A DNA stretch of 64,000 bases from an uncultured Gemmatimonadaceae bacterium (GTDB taxonomy: Bacteria; Gemmatimonadota; Gemmatimonadetes; Gemmatimonadales; Gemmatimonadaceae): NCBI GenBank assembly GCA_963829055.1, contig CAWHHI010000016.1:928001-992000 (forward strand). Direction: 5' to 3'. Below are positions 10,791-21,954 of this stretch, one piece after another (position 1 is the first letter of the stretch; every line of letters starts with the position of its first letter). The position numbers were made by a program, and so were the translations under genes. The notes under the pieces are model-generated. The model did not search any database. It was not told the DNA's origin and saw nothing but the letters and a program-made list of their open reading frames with translations.

Positions 10791-12216
10791 CGGCCACCGC
10801 GTTGCCAGTGCGTTCCGCGCGCTCGAAGACGGCCATCTGCGTCGGGGCACCGACATCCGGGTCCACGGGGCCGACGGCCGCGAAGCGAACGCCGTACGCG
10901 AACCGGTCCGCAACCGCGCTTCCCCACCGCTCGAACTCGGCGCGCGTCCACTCGAACCGATGGTCGCGATGCCTGAAGCGTCCGGCCGGTAATGAGGGCC
11001 ACCGCACGTTGTATTCGGCGTTAGGCGTCGTCACGACGAGCATTCGCGGACGCGCGAACTCGAACGCCACCCGCTCGAACGCGGCGAGCCGCGGACGGTC
11101 GAGATGCTCGATCACCTCGACCACGGCGGCCGCCTCGAAGTCGGCCAGCCGTGCGTCGCGATACATGAGCGACCCGTGGAGGAGCGTGATCCGTTCGCGC
11201 TGTTTCGGCGGCATCCGGTCGAGCTTCAACCGATCCGCCGCCGTCTCGAGCGAGCGGTATGAGACGTCCATGCCGACAATGCGCGTGAACTGGCGCTCGT
11301 CGAGCAGCCGTCGGAGCAGCCGGCCCTCGCCGCACCCGAGATCGACCACTGAGACGGCCCCGCTTTCGCGAATGGCGTCGGTGACCACCTGGAGCCGTTG
11401 CTCATGGAGGCTCAGCGGGCGCTCCAGCGCGCGCTCTTCGGCGTCGCGTTCGACGGGCGCGCCGGTGTCCTCGTCCGGATCGTCCTCGATCACCAGCCGC
11501 GCGATGGCATCTCGCACGAGTGAGTGACGATGCTTGAGGTAGCGGCGCGCGATGAGGTCACGCTCGGGGTGCGACGCCAGCCACCCTTCGCCATGCCGCA
11601 GCAGCTTCTCGACTTCGTCGTCACCCACCCAGTAATGCTTCTCGTCGTCCAGGACCGGGATCAGGACGTACAGATGGGTGAGCAGTTCCGCGACTCGCTT
11701 CGTGCCGTGTAGCGTGACGCTGAAATAGCGACTGAGACCCGCTTCCGGCGTGAACGCGTCCAACGGCGCCTGCGCCGCGATCACCGTGTAGCCGAGCGGC
11801 TCGAACAGCCGTCGCAGCAGGTCTTCGCCTCCCCGGCAGGGCACCGCCGCAATGTGGGCTTCGAGCGGTATGGCCGACGCGGCAAGCTCCGCGCGCTCCT
11901 TGCTCCGCCCCGCCATGGCGCTCGCGAACACCTCCGAGATGGCGACGCTGAGGAAGGATGAAGCCACATACGGCCGGTCGTTGACGTACTGGGTCAACAA
12001 GCCGTCGCCCCCAGTCGCGCCGCGTCCACGAACGAGTCCAACGGGATCGATGTCGAGGATCAGCGCCGCCGTGCAGCGGGCGTCCGACGCGTCCGAATAC
12101 ACGACGTGTGCCCGGCCGAAGGAGAGGTCGAAGCTCTGCGCACGCGACGGATGCTTGTGGAGCAGGTACCCCAGGTCGGTCGCGGGGCGATGGGTAGTCG
12201 TGATGGTGAGCAGCAT
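10783..12216 (-). CDS. hen1: 3'-terminal RNA ribose 2'-O-methyltransferase Hen1
   Basis: N-terminal MLLTITTT..PATDLGYLLHKHP and YVNDRPY; MTase VDLGCGEG, EVIEHL, TTPNAEYN and FRHRDHRFEWTRAEF; overlaps the pnkp start. Confidence 0.95.
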   Translation of the reverse strand: MLLTITTTHRPATDLGYLLHKHPSRAQSFDLSFGRAHVVYSDASDARCTAALILDIDPVGLVRGRGATGGDGLLTQYVNDRPYVASSFLSVAISEVFASAMAGRSKERAELAASAIPLEAHIAAVPCRGGEDLLRRLFEPLGYTVIAAQAPLDAFTPEAGLSRYFSVTLHGTKRVAELLTHLYVLIPVLDDEKHYWVGDDEVEKLLRHGEGWLASHPERDLIARRYLKHRHSLVRDAIARLVIEDDPDEDTGAPVERDAEERALERPLSLHEQRLQVVTDAIRESGAVSVVDLGCGEGRLLRRLLDERQFTRIVGMDVSYRSLETAADRLKLDRMPPKQRERITLLHGSLMYRDARLADFEAAAVVEVIEHLDRPRLAAFERVAFEFARPRMLVVTTPNAEYNVRWPSLPAGRFRHRDHRFEWTRAEFERWGSAVADRFAYGVRFAAVGPVDPDVGAPTQMAVFERAERTGNAVADV

Positions 12217-12468
12217 GCGAGGGCCTGGACGGAATACAAAATCGCGTCGCCGACGGTCACCCGAGCATTCTGCGCTCGGTAGCGATCGGACACGCGCCTA
12301 ACGCGCTGTGCCGGACGACTCGTGACGATCGGGACGCGACTCCCTGGGCTGGGAGTGTACGCGGCGTTTCGCCGCCCTGTCAAGGCGGGCCCTGGCGCCC
12401 GTCGGCTTCGTTAGGCGACCCCCGGCGCGACCTTGCGGTGCGCCCCGGGCGCGTTAGATACCCGATAC

Positions 12469-12858
12469 ATGCCGTACAGGTACGAGATCGACGTCGATCG
12501 CCGGGTGGTGATCGCGACACTCTGGGGCAACGCTTCGATCGTGGATGTCAGGGCGATCATGGCGGAGCTATACGCAGACCCGAAGCACTCGTTCTCCATG
12601 CACCGCGTGTACGACTGCCGCGATCTCACCCGCCTTCCGACGGTGGGCGAGATCCGTGGGGTGGCCGAGATGTTCCGGCAACGGGTCGATCCGGGCATCA
12701 AGGCCAGGCGGGCAGTGGTCGTCAACCCTGGAGCCCAGTACGGACTGGGACGCATGTTCCAGGCGCTCCTGGACCTCGTCGGCGTCGAGCTGAACGTATT
12801 CTCCGACCTCGAAGAAGCGATCACCTGGGCCGCCGAGCCCGGGCCGCGCGCCGTCTAG
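12469..12858 (+). CDS. Hypothetical SpoIIAA/STAS-like small protein
   Basis: MPYRYEID...YDCRD...RRAVVV...YGLGRMF...VFSDLEEAITW pattern. Confidence 0.6.
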   Translation: MPYRYEIDVDRRVVIATLWGNASIVDVRAIMAELYADPKHSFSMHRVYDCRDLTRLPTVGEIRGVAEMFRQRVDPGIKARRAVVVNPGAQYGLGRMFQALLDLVGVELNVFSDLEEAITWAAEPGPRAV

Positions 12859-13156
12859 CGAGAGCAGAGGCGCCGCGTTAGGCATCGTGCCACCCCGTGC
12901 CCGCGGTGGTGAGTGCTGGTGGATGCCCTGTCACCGCTGGGTTCGCACGCGATCGGGGCCATAGCGGCCTTGGGCTTGCATGGGATTCAAAATAAGTGAG
13001 CCCAGGCAGTTCCTCCGGGAGCGAGCCCGGGGACGGTCCGGACCAGCCACGGTCCGACGGGCTTACCACGCCCGCGCTGATTTCGACATAGGCCCGGCAA
13101 GCGCTGACCCCTCTGCCGACGGTTGGTGACTCCCATGAGCGGCAGAGTTTGCGACT

Positions 13157-13903
13157 ATGGAATCGACGCAGCACGCGCAGCACGCCACCGAACCGAATCG
13201 GCTGCTCCGGGCTATGCCTCCCGACGAGTACGCGGCCCTCATCGAATACATGGAGCCAGTCGAGTTGCCCTCGCGGTACGTGCTCTGGCAAGCCGAAGCC
13301 ACCATCAGGTCGCTCTATTTTCCGCGCAGCTGTGTCGTCTCGTTCCTGCTGCCGCTCAAGGACGAGCAACCCGTCGAAGCGGCGACGGTGGGACGGGAAG
13401 GCATGGCCGGCACTCCCGTGCTGCTGGGCGTACGCGTCACCAACGTCCAGGCGATCGCGCAGGTCCCGGGCGCCGCACTACGCGTTGACGCCGAGCGTTT
13501 CATGGCGCAGGTGCGATCAGCGGATGGAAAACTCTTTCCGCTCATGCTCCGCTACGCGCAGGCGCTCCAGGAACAAACCACGCAATCGGTAGCGTGCAAC
13601 CGTCGTCATGGCATCGACGAGCGCTGCGCGCGATGGCTGCTCATGACACAGGATCGTGTGGGCACCGATCGGTTCCCCCTCACGCAGGAGTTTCTGGCGT
13701 TCATGCTCGGCGTGCGACGCGCCACAGTCACCGTCGCGGCGGGCATGCTCCAACAGGCCGGGCTCATCCGTTATCACCGCGGTCAGATCATGGTGCTGGA
13801 CCGCGAAGGGCTGGAGGCGGCGAGCTGCGAATGCTACGGGGCGGTCCGGCGAACATACGATCAGTTGCTGGGCGACGGAGGTTCCGGGGCCTCATCAACA
13901 TGA
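13157..13903 (+). CDS. Crp/Fnr family transcriptional regulator
   Basis: NRLLRAM, VGREGMAG, ACNRRH..ERCARWLL, LTQEFLAFMLGVRRATVT HTH, LEAASCECY. Confidence 0.93.
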   Translation: MESTQHAQHATEPNRLLRAMPPDEYAALIEYMEPVELPSRYVLWQAEATIRSLYFPRSCVVSFLLPLKDEQPVEAATVGREGMAGTPVLLGVRVTNVQAIAQVPGAALRVDAERFMAQVRSADGKLFPLMLRYAQALQEQTTQSVACNRRHGIDERCARWLLMTQDRVGTDRFPLTQEFLAFMLGVRRATVTVAAGMLQQAGLIRYHRGQIMVLDREGLEAASCECYGAVRRTYDQLLGDGGSGASST

Positions 13904-14083
13904 ATCGAACGAGACGTCCCGCCGCGTACGCTGGCGTACATTCGAGTGCACGCGAGCGTACGAACAAACCGCCGTAAGCCGTTGTGGCGCAAACACTTGT
14001 ATGGCGTCAGCGCTCCTGCTAAAATGAGTCTATCCACGTCGCGGAATGGCGCGACGAGTCCAGTCAGCTGGAGAGGGTGACGC

Positions 14084-14446
14084 ATGCATATGGATTTCCG
14101 GTATGTGGGGGTCTCGGGTAACGCATCACGAGCCGGGAGTGTGGCCGGCGTGGCGTCGAAAGTGGCCGACCTGCTGTCGGACGGCCGGATGCAGGCCCAA
14201 GTGCGAAAGGGCGCCGTACCAGAAGCCCCATGGCGGGAGGCCCTCCGGGCTATGTGCGATGAAGCGCACGCGACGGGCGTGCCGCCGGAGCAGCTGCTCC
14301 GCGAGGTCAAGGAGGCAGTCGCTATTCTGTGCGACACGTGCGCTGTCCCCTACGGGCCGGCACGCATGGAGTTCACGAGCCGCGTCGTGACACTCTGTAT
14401 CGAGGAGTATTACGCGTTTGCCGGTGATATCAGCGCCGGGACATAA
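14084..14446 (+). CDS. Hypothetical protein
   Basis: GGAGAGG RBS; helical C-terminus EAHATGVPPEQLLREVK...VVTLCIEEYY. Confidence 0.6.
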   Translation: MHMDFRYVGVSGNASRAGSVAGVASKVADLLSDGRMQAQVRKGAVPEAPWREALRAMCDEAHATGVPPEQLLREVKEAVAILCDTCAVPYGPARMEFTSRVVTLCIEEYYAFAGDISAGT

Positions 14447-14796
14447 CGCTTCCTCAGACTCCACCCGATCGAGCAGATGACAATGGCCACGGCCAGGAGA
14501 CCGGCCGGCCGAGGACGCAACGCACCGGACAGTACTCCGAGTGCAACGGCGGTTGGAGTAGCAGCGGCGGAACGCCAAGCCGCGCCCCAGCATTCGATCG
14601 GAACGCCAGAGACTGGCGGGCGCGCAGGTATGCGTCACTGCCCCGCCGAACCATAGGTGGTTGCGCGTAGCCGGCCGGCCCGGTAAATGCTTGGGATGGT
14701 AAGCATAGCCGTGCCGTCGGTGGGACCCGGACGCGCCAAGGCAGGTGGCGCTTCGCGGGCAGCGCGGTGTGTCCCGTCGTACTCTCAGGCGGTCCC

Positions 14797-15177
14797 GTGG
14801 CGATTCTACACGTCGAAGACAACGATTCGGTTCGACGCGCAGTCCACCGCGCGCTCACGGTGTTCGGGCTCGCGGTCGTGTCCGTCGAGGGGGTGGGCGC
14901 CGCGAAGGCGGCACTCGCGGAGCGTACCGACATCACCGGCGCGTTGCTCGACATCCAACTCGGTGATGGGAGTGGAATCGACCTCTACCAGTGGATTTCT
15001 ACCCACCGCCCCGACCTCGCCGAGCGCGTCGCGTTCGTGACCGGCAACGCGGACGCGGAGAGCTCGGCACCGCTGGCGGCGATTGGCTGCCCGGTATTCC
15101 CGAAGCCGTGCGCGATCCTCGACCTCACGCGCGTCGCCGCCGAGTGGGAGGACGCGGCGGACGCCAGTCCTCGGTGA
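14797..15177 (+). CDS. Single-domain response regulator (receiver)
   Basis: ILHVEDN, LLDIQLGDGSG (phospho-Asp), FVTG and PKP motifs. Confidence 0.85.
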   Translation: MAILHVEDNDSVRRAVHRALTVFGLAVVSVEGVGAAKAALAERTDITGALLDIQLGDGSGIDLYQWISTHRPDLAERVAFVTGNADAESSAPLAAIGCPVFPKPCAILDLTRVAAEWEDAADASPR

Positions 15178-15368
15178 ACGCGCGCTGAGTTCTCCCCCGC
15201 CAGGCCCATCGAGCACGCGCAGGCGAAGCGACTCCGGAACCGCGCGTGCGGCACGTCCGCTGCACGGCTCACTCGAATACCTCGCGATCCGTCCGCCTAA
15301 CGATCTGGATTCACAGCTCGAGGGCTCCGGCGGCGGGCGGCCCGCCCCGCCCCGTCAGTAGGGCCGCG

Positions 15369-15602
15369 TTAGGCGCTCTCCGCCACGGCGGCCATGCCGA
15401 GTGAGGTGAGGTCGACCAGAAAGACGTGGGGCCGGTCCGAGTCGGTCTCGTAATTCGGCAGCTCGTGCAGCAGCGCGAGGCCCTCGCTCACGGCGAGCGC
15501 GGAGAAGTGCGCGTCAACGTCGTCTCGGCGGTCGATTTGATTCTCGGGCCGCCGCTCCGGGAGGCCGCGGAGCCACGCTATCAGTCCGGTGTCGTACGCC
15601 AT
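15369..15602 (-). CDS. Small hypothetical protein
   Basis: 77-aa ORF with GGAG upstream and ordinary protein composition. Confidence 0.45.
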   Translation of the reverse strand: MAYDTGLIAWLRGLPERRPENQIDRRDDVDAHFSALAVSEGLALLHELPNYETDSDRPHVFLVDLTSLGMAAVAESA

Positions 15603-16019
15603 CCGTCGTCACTCCGCTCGAAGACGTTCCCCTCCTCCGCCGGTCAGCACCATCGTCCGCGCTGCCCGGCTCCCGCAAGAGTTGCCCTGGGCGCCTCCCG
15701 TCGGTCCCGCAGCGATCCCGTACCGCGCGCGACGTATGCGGTCGGCATGCCGCCGTGCCTGATCTCGCGCTCACTGGTTGCGGTCGGCGACTGCACTCGT
15801 GCCGCGTACAATAATTCACCGCGTCCGGGGAGCGCGAGCGTGAAACGGCGAGGAACACTTACTCCCGTGTCCCGCGATCCACGTGCCTCGCACGCAGCGG
15901 TCGAGCGGGTCGGGTCGCGTCGGCCGCGGCTGGCGGGACCGACGGCCCCGGCGCATTTTGCGGCGGCGCCCAGCCGCGGCGCAGAACCCGAGTACGGGAC
16001 TAAGGGTGGATACGAAGCA

Positions 16020-16407
16020 ATGGCCCGCGTGGCCCACGTGGCCACGACGTGTCTGGCATGGGGCGGTCCGGGGCGCGCTCGTCGCGGCGGTGATCGGCGT
16101 CGCGGGCCTCGGCCTCTACCTCTGGGCGCCCGACGACTTCGGCGACACGCCGCGGATACTCGCGGCCGTGGCCGCCGGCGTGTTCGCGTTCCACGTGATG
16201 ATCATGCTCCTCGCGCCGCTCGGGCGGTCACGCGCCGGGCGGCTCGCCGCCGGTGCGGCGGCGGGCGCGGTGCTCGGAGTCGTCAGCGGGCGGATCCTGG
16301 CGGCCTCCCCGCAGGCGTGGGAGCGCGGCCCGTACTGGGTGCTCGGTTGCGTGGCGGTCGGGATGGTGCTGGGGCGGCGGGAGCTTAACCGGCTGTACGA
16401 CGACTAG
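16020..16407 (+). CDS. Hypothetical multi-pass membrane protein (start uncertain)
   Basis: About four hydrophobic segments in the C-terminal part of ORF 15883..16407. Confidence 0.45.
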
Positions 16408-16526
16408 GAATGCTGCGTGACGGGCGGCCACGCCGTACCGCGCTCGCACTTCGCGCGCGCCGATCACGCGGACCTCGAGCCGCTCAAGCGGGCGATTCTG
16501 GGGCGGCGGGAGGAGCTGACCCGGCC

Positions 16527-16736
16527 CTAGTACGGCCGGAAGTGCTGCCAGGCCAAGTACGCGAACGCCCCCAGGATCGGCACCCACAGGCCCCACGCGA
16601 GTTTGCCGCGCACGAACACGGCGGTCGCCGCCGCGCCGAACACGAGCCCGGCCGCCAGCCACGCCTTGGGGGCTGTGAGCGCGTTGAGGAGGAATCCGAA
16701 CACGTCGCCTAACGCGCCGAATATGGCGTCGCTCAT
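16527..16736 (-). CDS. Small membrane protein
   Basis: GAGAGG RBS; 69 aa with two hydrophobic helices. Confidence 0.55.
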   Translation of the reverse strand: MSDAIFGALGDVFGFLLNALTAPKAWLAAGLVFGAAATAVFVRGKLAWGLWVPILGAFAYLAWQHFRPY

Positions 16737-16799
16737 CGGGACCTCTCGTTCGGGATGCTGGAGTACGCGACCCCGAACGGTGCATGCTCTGCCGCGCGA

Positions 16800-17812
16800 C
16801 CGCTACCAGGCGGGCAGCGCAGCGCCGGCAGCAGGGACATCTTGCGAATCGCGTCCATCAGCGACAGCGACTTTTCCTCTCGGACATAACGAGCAAGTAC
16901 TCGCGAGTACGTCCCGGCCTGACGAGGGTGGCTCGACAGGCCGTCGCTGGCGATCATCGTGAGCGGCAATGTGGCTGCCATGGCGACGATCGAGTCCGGA
17001 TTCATGTGGATGAGGACGTACACCGCCTTGCCCGATGCGTGCAGCGCATCGAACCTCGTCTGCGTCAAACGCTCGCCTGTTTCGGGAAGCTCGATGGCAT
17101 CATAGCCAATCGACCGCCGCTCTCTCCAACCGGGATTGAACAGCGCCGACGCGATGCTCGTCATCCCCGCGCCATACGGATACGCCTCGGTGGTGATGTC
17201 GAGCCCTCGTGCGCGAGCCCCTTCGATCATCGTCAGGCAGTCGCGCACGAATCGGATGCGGCTGGAGTTAATGTGGACGATGTGAACCGGCGCGCCGGAG
17301 ACCGCGCTCGCTGCGATCATTTCGCCGACGGACTCAACACTGGACCCGGGCTCGAGCGCGCCGACGCTCCGGATGTGAACAAACACCGGCAATGCCATTT
17401 CGCGGCCTCCTGGAAGATCCGGATGATCTCGAGCCGCGTTGCGCCAGGCGTGTATTCCAGCCCCATCCCACGCCTAACGCGCCGGCGGTGAGGCCCCTGT
17501 CGAGGAACGCGAGCTGACGCGCAATCTGTTCGTCGCTGGCAACGTTGTTTGTCGCTGGCCCGATGGCGGATCGTCGATCGATCCCGCTTCTCCCATCACG
17601 CTTGTCGCAAGCGTGTCGCAAAGGCGAGCACGCGCGCCGCTTCCTGGCTCACAGTGGCGCCATAGTTGATCAGCGCTTTTCCCTCACGCACCGCCACAAA
17701 TTTTGCAAAGTCAGGCACGCCGCTCTCCATCTGAGCGCAGACGTCACACCGTCCAACGCCTTCAACCGATACGCGGCCGGACTCTGGTCGTGCTGATGAA
17801 GTCAATGAATCT
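16800..17812 (-). pseudogene. Amidohydrolase (D-aminoacylase/D-glutamate deacylase-like) fragment, truncated at both ends
   Basis: FID(L)HQHDQ...DGVTSAL, VHIVHINS, TTEAYPY, IASDG..HPR.AGTYSRVL and AIRKMSLLPA. The N-terminus and the C-terminal beta segment are absent. Confidence 0.7.
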
Positions 17813-18790
17813 CTCAGTGGCGGCATAGTCCGCGTTCGCGAGCGTGACGATGCCTGACCGCGTCGCGGGAATCACAATGTTCTGCGTCACGATGCCGGCG
17901 ATCCCACCACCATGCGAGAGGATCACCGCGTCGCCCGTCTTCTGAACACCGAGCCCGCAACCGTAGGTAGTCAGCCGCCCGTCGGTCAGCGCACGCGGCG
18001 TGGTGAGCTTGGAATACGAGGCAGGACTGAGCACCTTGCCATCGATGAGCGCGAGATCCCAGGCCAGCAAGTCGGTCGGCGTTGACCAGATCGCGCCTGC
18101 GGCACCGATCCATCCCTGCGCTTCGGGTGCAACGGTCGTGGGGTCTGCGAGCGCGTACGACGTGTAGCCGTTCGCGGTATTGGAATCGTTAGGGATTCGA
18201 TCGAAGGCCGTGCGCGTCATGCCGATCGGTGTGAAGATCCGCTCTTTCATGAACTCACCGACCGATTTTCCCAATGCCGCCTCGATCGCCTTGCCGAGGA
18301 TGAGGAAGTTCGTGTTGCTGTACGACCATCGCGATCCCGGCTCGAAGTCGAGGGGACGAGTCGCATAACGCGCGATGACGGTGTCGGTCGGTTCCGGCTT
18401 CGCCATCTCGCGCACCACGAAGTCGAGCGGGTAGTAGTCCCGATAGCCGGAGACGTGCTGCCCGAGATCCAGGAGCATGACGTCGTTCGCTCGCGTCGCC
18501 GACGGGAAATATTTCGCGACGCGATCGTTCATTGACAGCTTGCCCTCCTGCTCGAGCAGCAAGGCGGAACTGCACGTGAACTGCTTGGTGACGGAGCCGA
18601 TGCCGAACATGGTCGTTGGGGTCACCGGCAGCTTCGGTTCGAGCGATCGAAACCCGTAGCCTTTGGCGAGGACGACTTTCCCGTCCTGCATCACGCCCAC
18701 GGATAATCCGACGAGTCGTTTCTCCGCACGACGCGCTGGATGAGGGAATCGACCTCGTTGACGTCGATCGCCGGAACGGAACAGTTGGCA
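17813..18790 (-). pseudogene. Serine hydrolase (beta-lactamase-related) fragment
   Basis: SxxK (GSVTKQF), YSN (WSYSNTNF) and HGG motifs; no clear start or signal peptide; C-terminus runs into amidohydrolase sequence. Confidence 0.75.
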
Positions 18791-18834
18791 CGCGAGGCGT
18801 GAGCACGACCTCGGATGAAAGGCCCGAAAACAGC

Positions 18835-18866
18835 AAAGCGCGCAGTCCGTCAGGACCGCACGCTTT
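18835..18866 (-). terminator. Hairpin just downstream of tRNA-Met
   Basis: AAAGCGTGCGGTCC-TGAC-GGACTGCGCGCTTT on the minus strand (stem with G-U pairs), followed by GCTGTTTT. Confidence 0.55.
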
Positions 18867-18872
18867 ACCAAA

Positions 18873-18946
18873 TAGCAGGGGCGGGACTCGAACCCGCGAC
18901 CCCGGCATTATGAGTGCCGTGCTCTAACCAGCTGAGCTACCCTGCC
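18873..18946 (-). tRNA. tRNA-Met (CAT), elongator type
   Basis: GGCAGGG/CCCTGCT acceptor stem, D arm TAGCTCAGCTGGTTAGAGC, anticodon loop CTCATAA, GTTCGA T loop; CCA not encoded. Confidence 0.93.
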
Positions 18947-19097
18947 GCGCTGGGACACGGATAATAACATCCTGCGGCGGCTGGCCATAGTCGCCGCCGA
19001 TCATAGCCTCCCGCGAGCGCGTCGGCAGGTTAGCGGATTCTTGACCGGAGCTCATGCCCCGCTCGTCATCTGCCGTACCCCGCTCTGGGAGCCTGTC

Positions 19098-19583
19098 ATG
19101 ACGACGCCCGCCCGGCCGACGCCAAGGCACAACAACGTCGCCGCGATCGTCTCAGAAATAGTCGAAGAGGCACGGAAGAACGCCGAAGAACCGGCGCCTT
19201 CCAGGTCTCGTGCGGTTCCCAGCTACATCGCTGCCGGGGTCGTGTTCGCCATGTGTGCATGGGCCTGGATCGCTCCCCCCGCGTGGCTCGTCCCCCAGCC
19301 AGTCGGTGCGCCGTCCCGTGACTATCGCGAGGCGAGCGCACGAGTCGCGCTCGCGCTCCACGCTCAGCGCATCGAGGCCTACCGAGCGTCGCACGGTCGG
19401 CTGCCGGGCACGAAGCAGGAAGTCGGCATCGCCAGCGAGCAGATCGCCTACGATCGAACCGACAGCCTGAGCTTCGAGCTCGTTTCCCGAGTGGACGGCC
19501 AGCCCGTGACGTACAAGTCGTCGCAACCGCGCGACCGCTACCTCGCCGAAGCGATGACCGCCCTGAGCCGAGCCCGCCGATGA
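19098..19583 (+). CDS. Hypothetical membrane-anchored protein, pseudopilin-like C-terminus
   Basis: Single TM (YIAAGVVFAMCAWAWIA) then RIEAYRASHGRLP; coupled to the pilin gene via ATGA overlap. Confidence 0.6.
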   Translation: MTTPARPTPRHNNVAAIVSEIVEEARKNAEEPAPSRSRAVPSYIAAGVVFAMCAWAWIAPPAWLVPQPVGAPSRDYREASARVALALHAQRIEAYRASHGRLPGTKQEVGIASEQIAYDRTDSLSFELVSRVDGQPVTYKSSQPRDRYLAEAMTALSRARR

Positions 19584-20051
19584 AGCGCCTAACGAAGATT
19601 CGTCGACGAACGCGTCGCGGGTTCTCGCTGATCGAGCTCATGACGGTCATGGCCGTGATTGGCCTGCTCGCAGCGCTCAGCGTGCCGCGGTACCGCGACA
19701 TGAAGCGCCGGGCGTACTCCGCGAATGTGCTGAGCGACTTCAACACGGTTCGCGTTGCCGCCTACAACTACTTTGCCGACAACTCGACATACCCGCCTGA
19801 CGGAAGCGCGGGTACCCCGCCGGCGTCCATGACCAATTACCTGCCGCAAGAACTTCACGTTCGCCAACGACAACTACACGCTCGACTACGATGTGTGGCC
19901 ATCGCCGTTGGACCCGACGCAGCTCGTCGTTGGCGTCACGGTCACGTCCAGCGATCAGGAGCTCGTCAACATGATCGCGCGAAACGTTCAGGCCGGCGGC
20001 ATCGGGATCAACGTCGGAAGTGGCTACACCTACATCTTCGCGGGGCTGTAG
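19580..20051 (+). CDS. Type IV pilin / pseudopilin (frameshift near 19850)
   Basis: Class III signal RRG|FSLIELMTVMAVIGLLAALSVPRY; continues in another frame (FTFANDNYTLDYDVWP...YIFAGL*). Confidence 0.85.
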
Positions 20052-20070
20052 CCGAGTATCCCTCGAAGAC

Positions 20071-20113
20071 GAAAACGAACGAGGCCGCCCTATAGGCGGC
20101 CTCGTTCGTTTTC
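20071..20113. terminator. Bidirectional intrinsic terminator
   Basis: Perfect hairpin GAAAACGAACGAGGCCGCC-CTATA-GGCGGCCTCGTTCGTTTTC between the convergent pilin and tRNA-fMet genes. Confidence 0.85.
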
Positions 20114-20123
20114 AGGCTTCACA

Positions 20124-20197
<74 letters not shown>

Positions 20198-20304
20198 TCA
20201 GTGCCTTGAATCTAGACTCGTGAACATCGAAGTCAAGGTGGGGCGCCACGTTGCGATGGCGTGCTATTGCGCGTGATTGCTATTGCCTCGAGACTGATGA
20301 TGCA

Positions 20305-20598
20305 TTAGCGCGCGCGTGCAGAGTCGACGGTGGCGAATCGATACAGCAGTTCCTTGTCGCCGCGGACCATGCCGAATTCCTCACGCGCGATGCGCTCCTG
20401 AACGGTCGCGTCGGTCAGGATCGCCTTCTTTACACGCGCCAGCGAATCGACGTCGTGACGCAGCGAATCGATCTGCGCGCGAAGCCGAATGGAACGCGAC
20501 CGCTGCGCCAGGAGATCGTCGGTGCCCCACTCACCGCCCTGCACGGCGAACACGATCGCCGCGATGACGACGCACCAGAAGAGCACGCGCCGGATCAT
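20305..20598 (-). CDS. ftsB: Septum formation initiator (FtsB/DivIC family)
   Basis: N-terminal TM, coiled coil and ERIAREEFGMVR; follows eno as in the common eno-ftsB arrangement. Confidence 0.8.
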   Translation of the reverse strand: MIRRVLFWCVVIAAIVFAVQGGEWGTDDLLAQRSRSIRLRAQIDSLRHDVDSLARVKKAILTDATVQERIAREEFGMVRGDKELLYRFATVDSARAR

Positions 20599-20604
20599 CG
20601 ACCG

Positions 20605-21954
<1,350 letters not shown>

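Noticed and set aside
12300..18870. Intact prophage or ICE at tRNA-Met
   Set aside because: No integrase, phage or conjugation genes, and I found no duplicated tRNA 3' end.
18873..18946. tRNA-Ile2 (lysidine CAU) identity
   Set aside because: Acceptor stem and arms look more like elongator tRNA-Met; not fully excluded without a covariance model.
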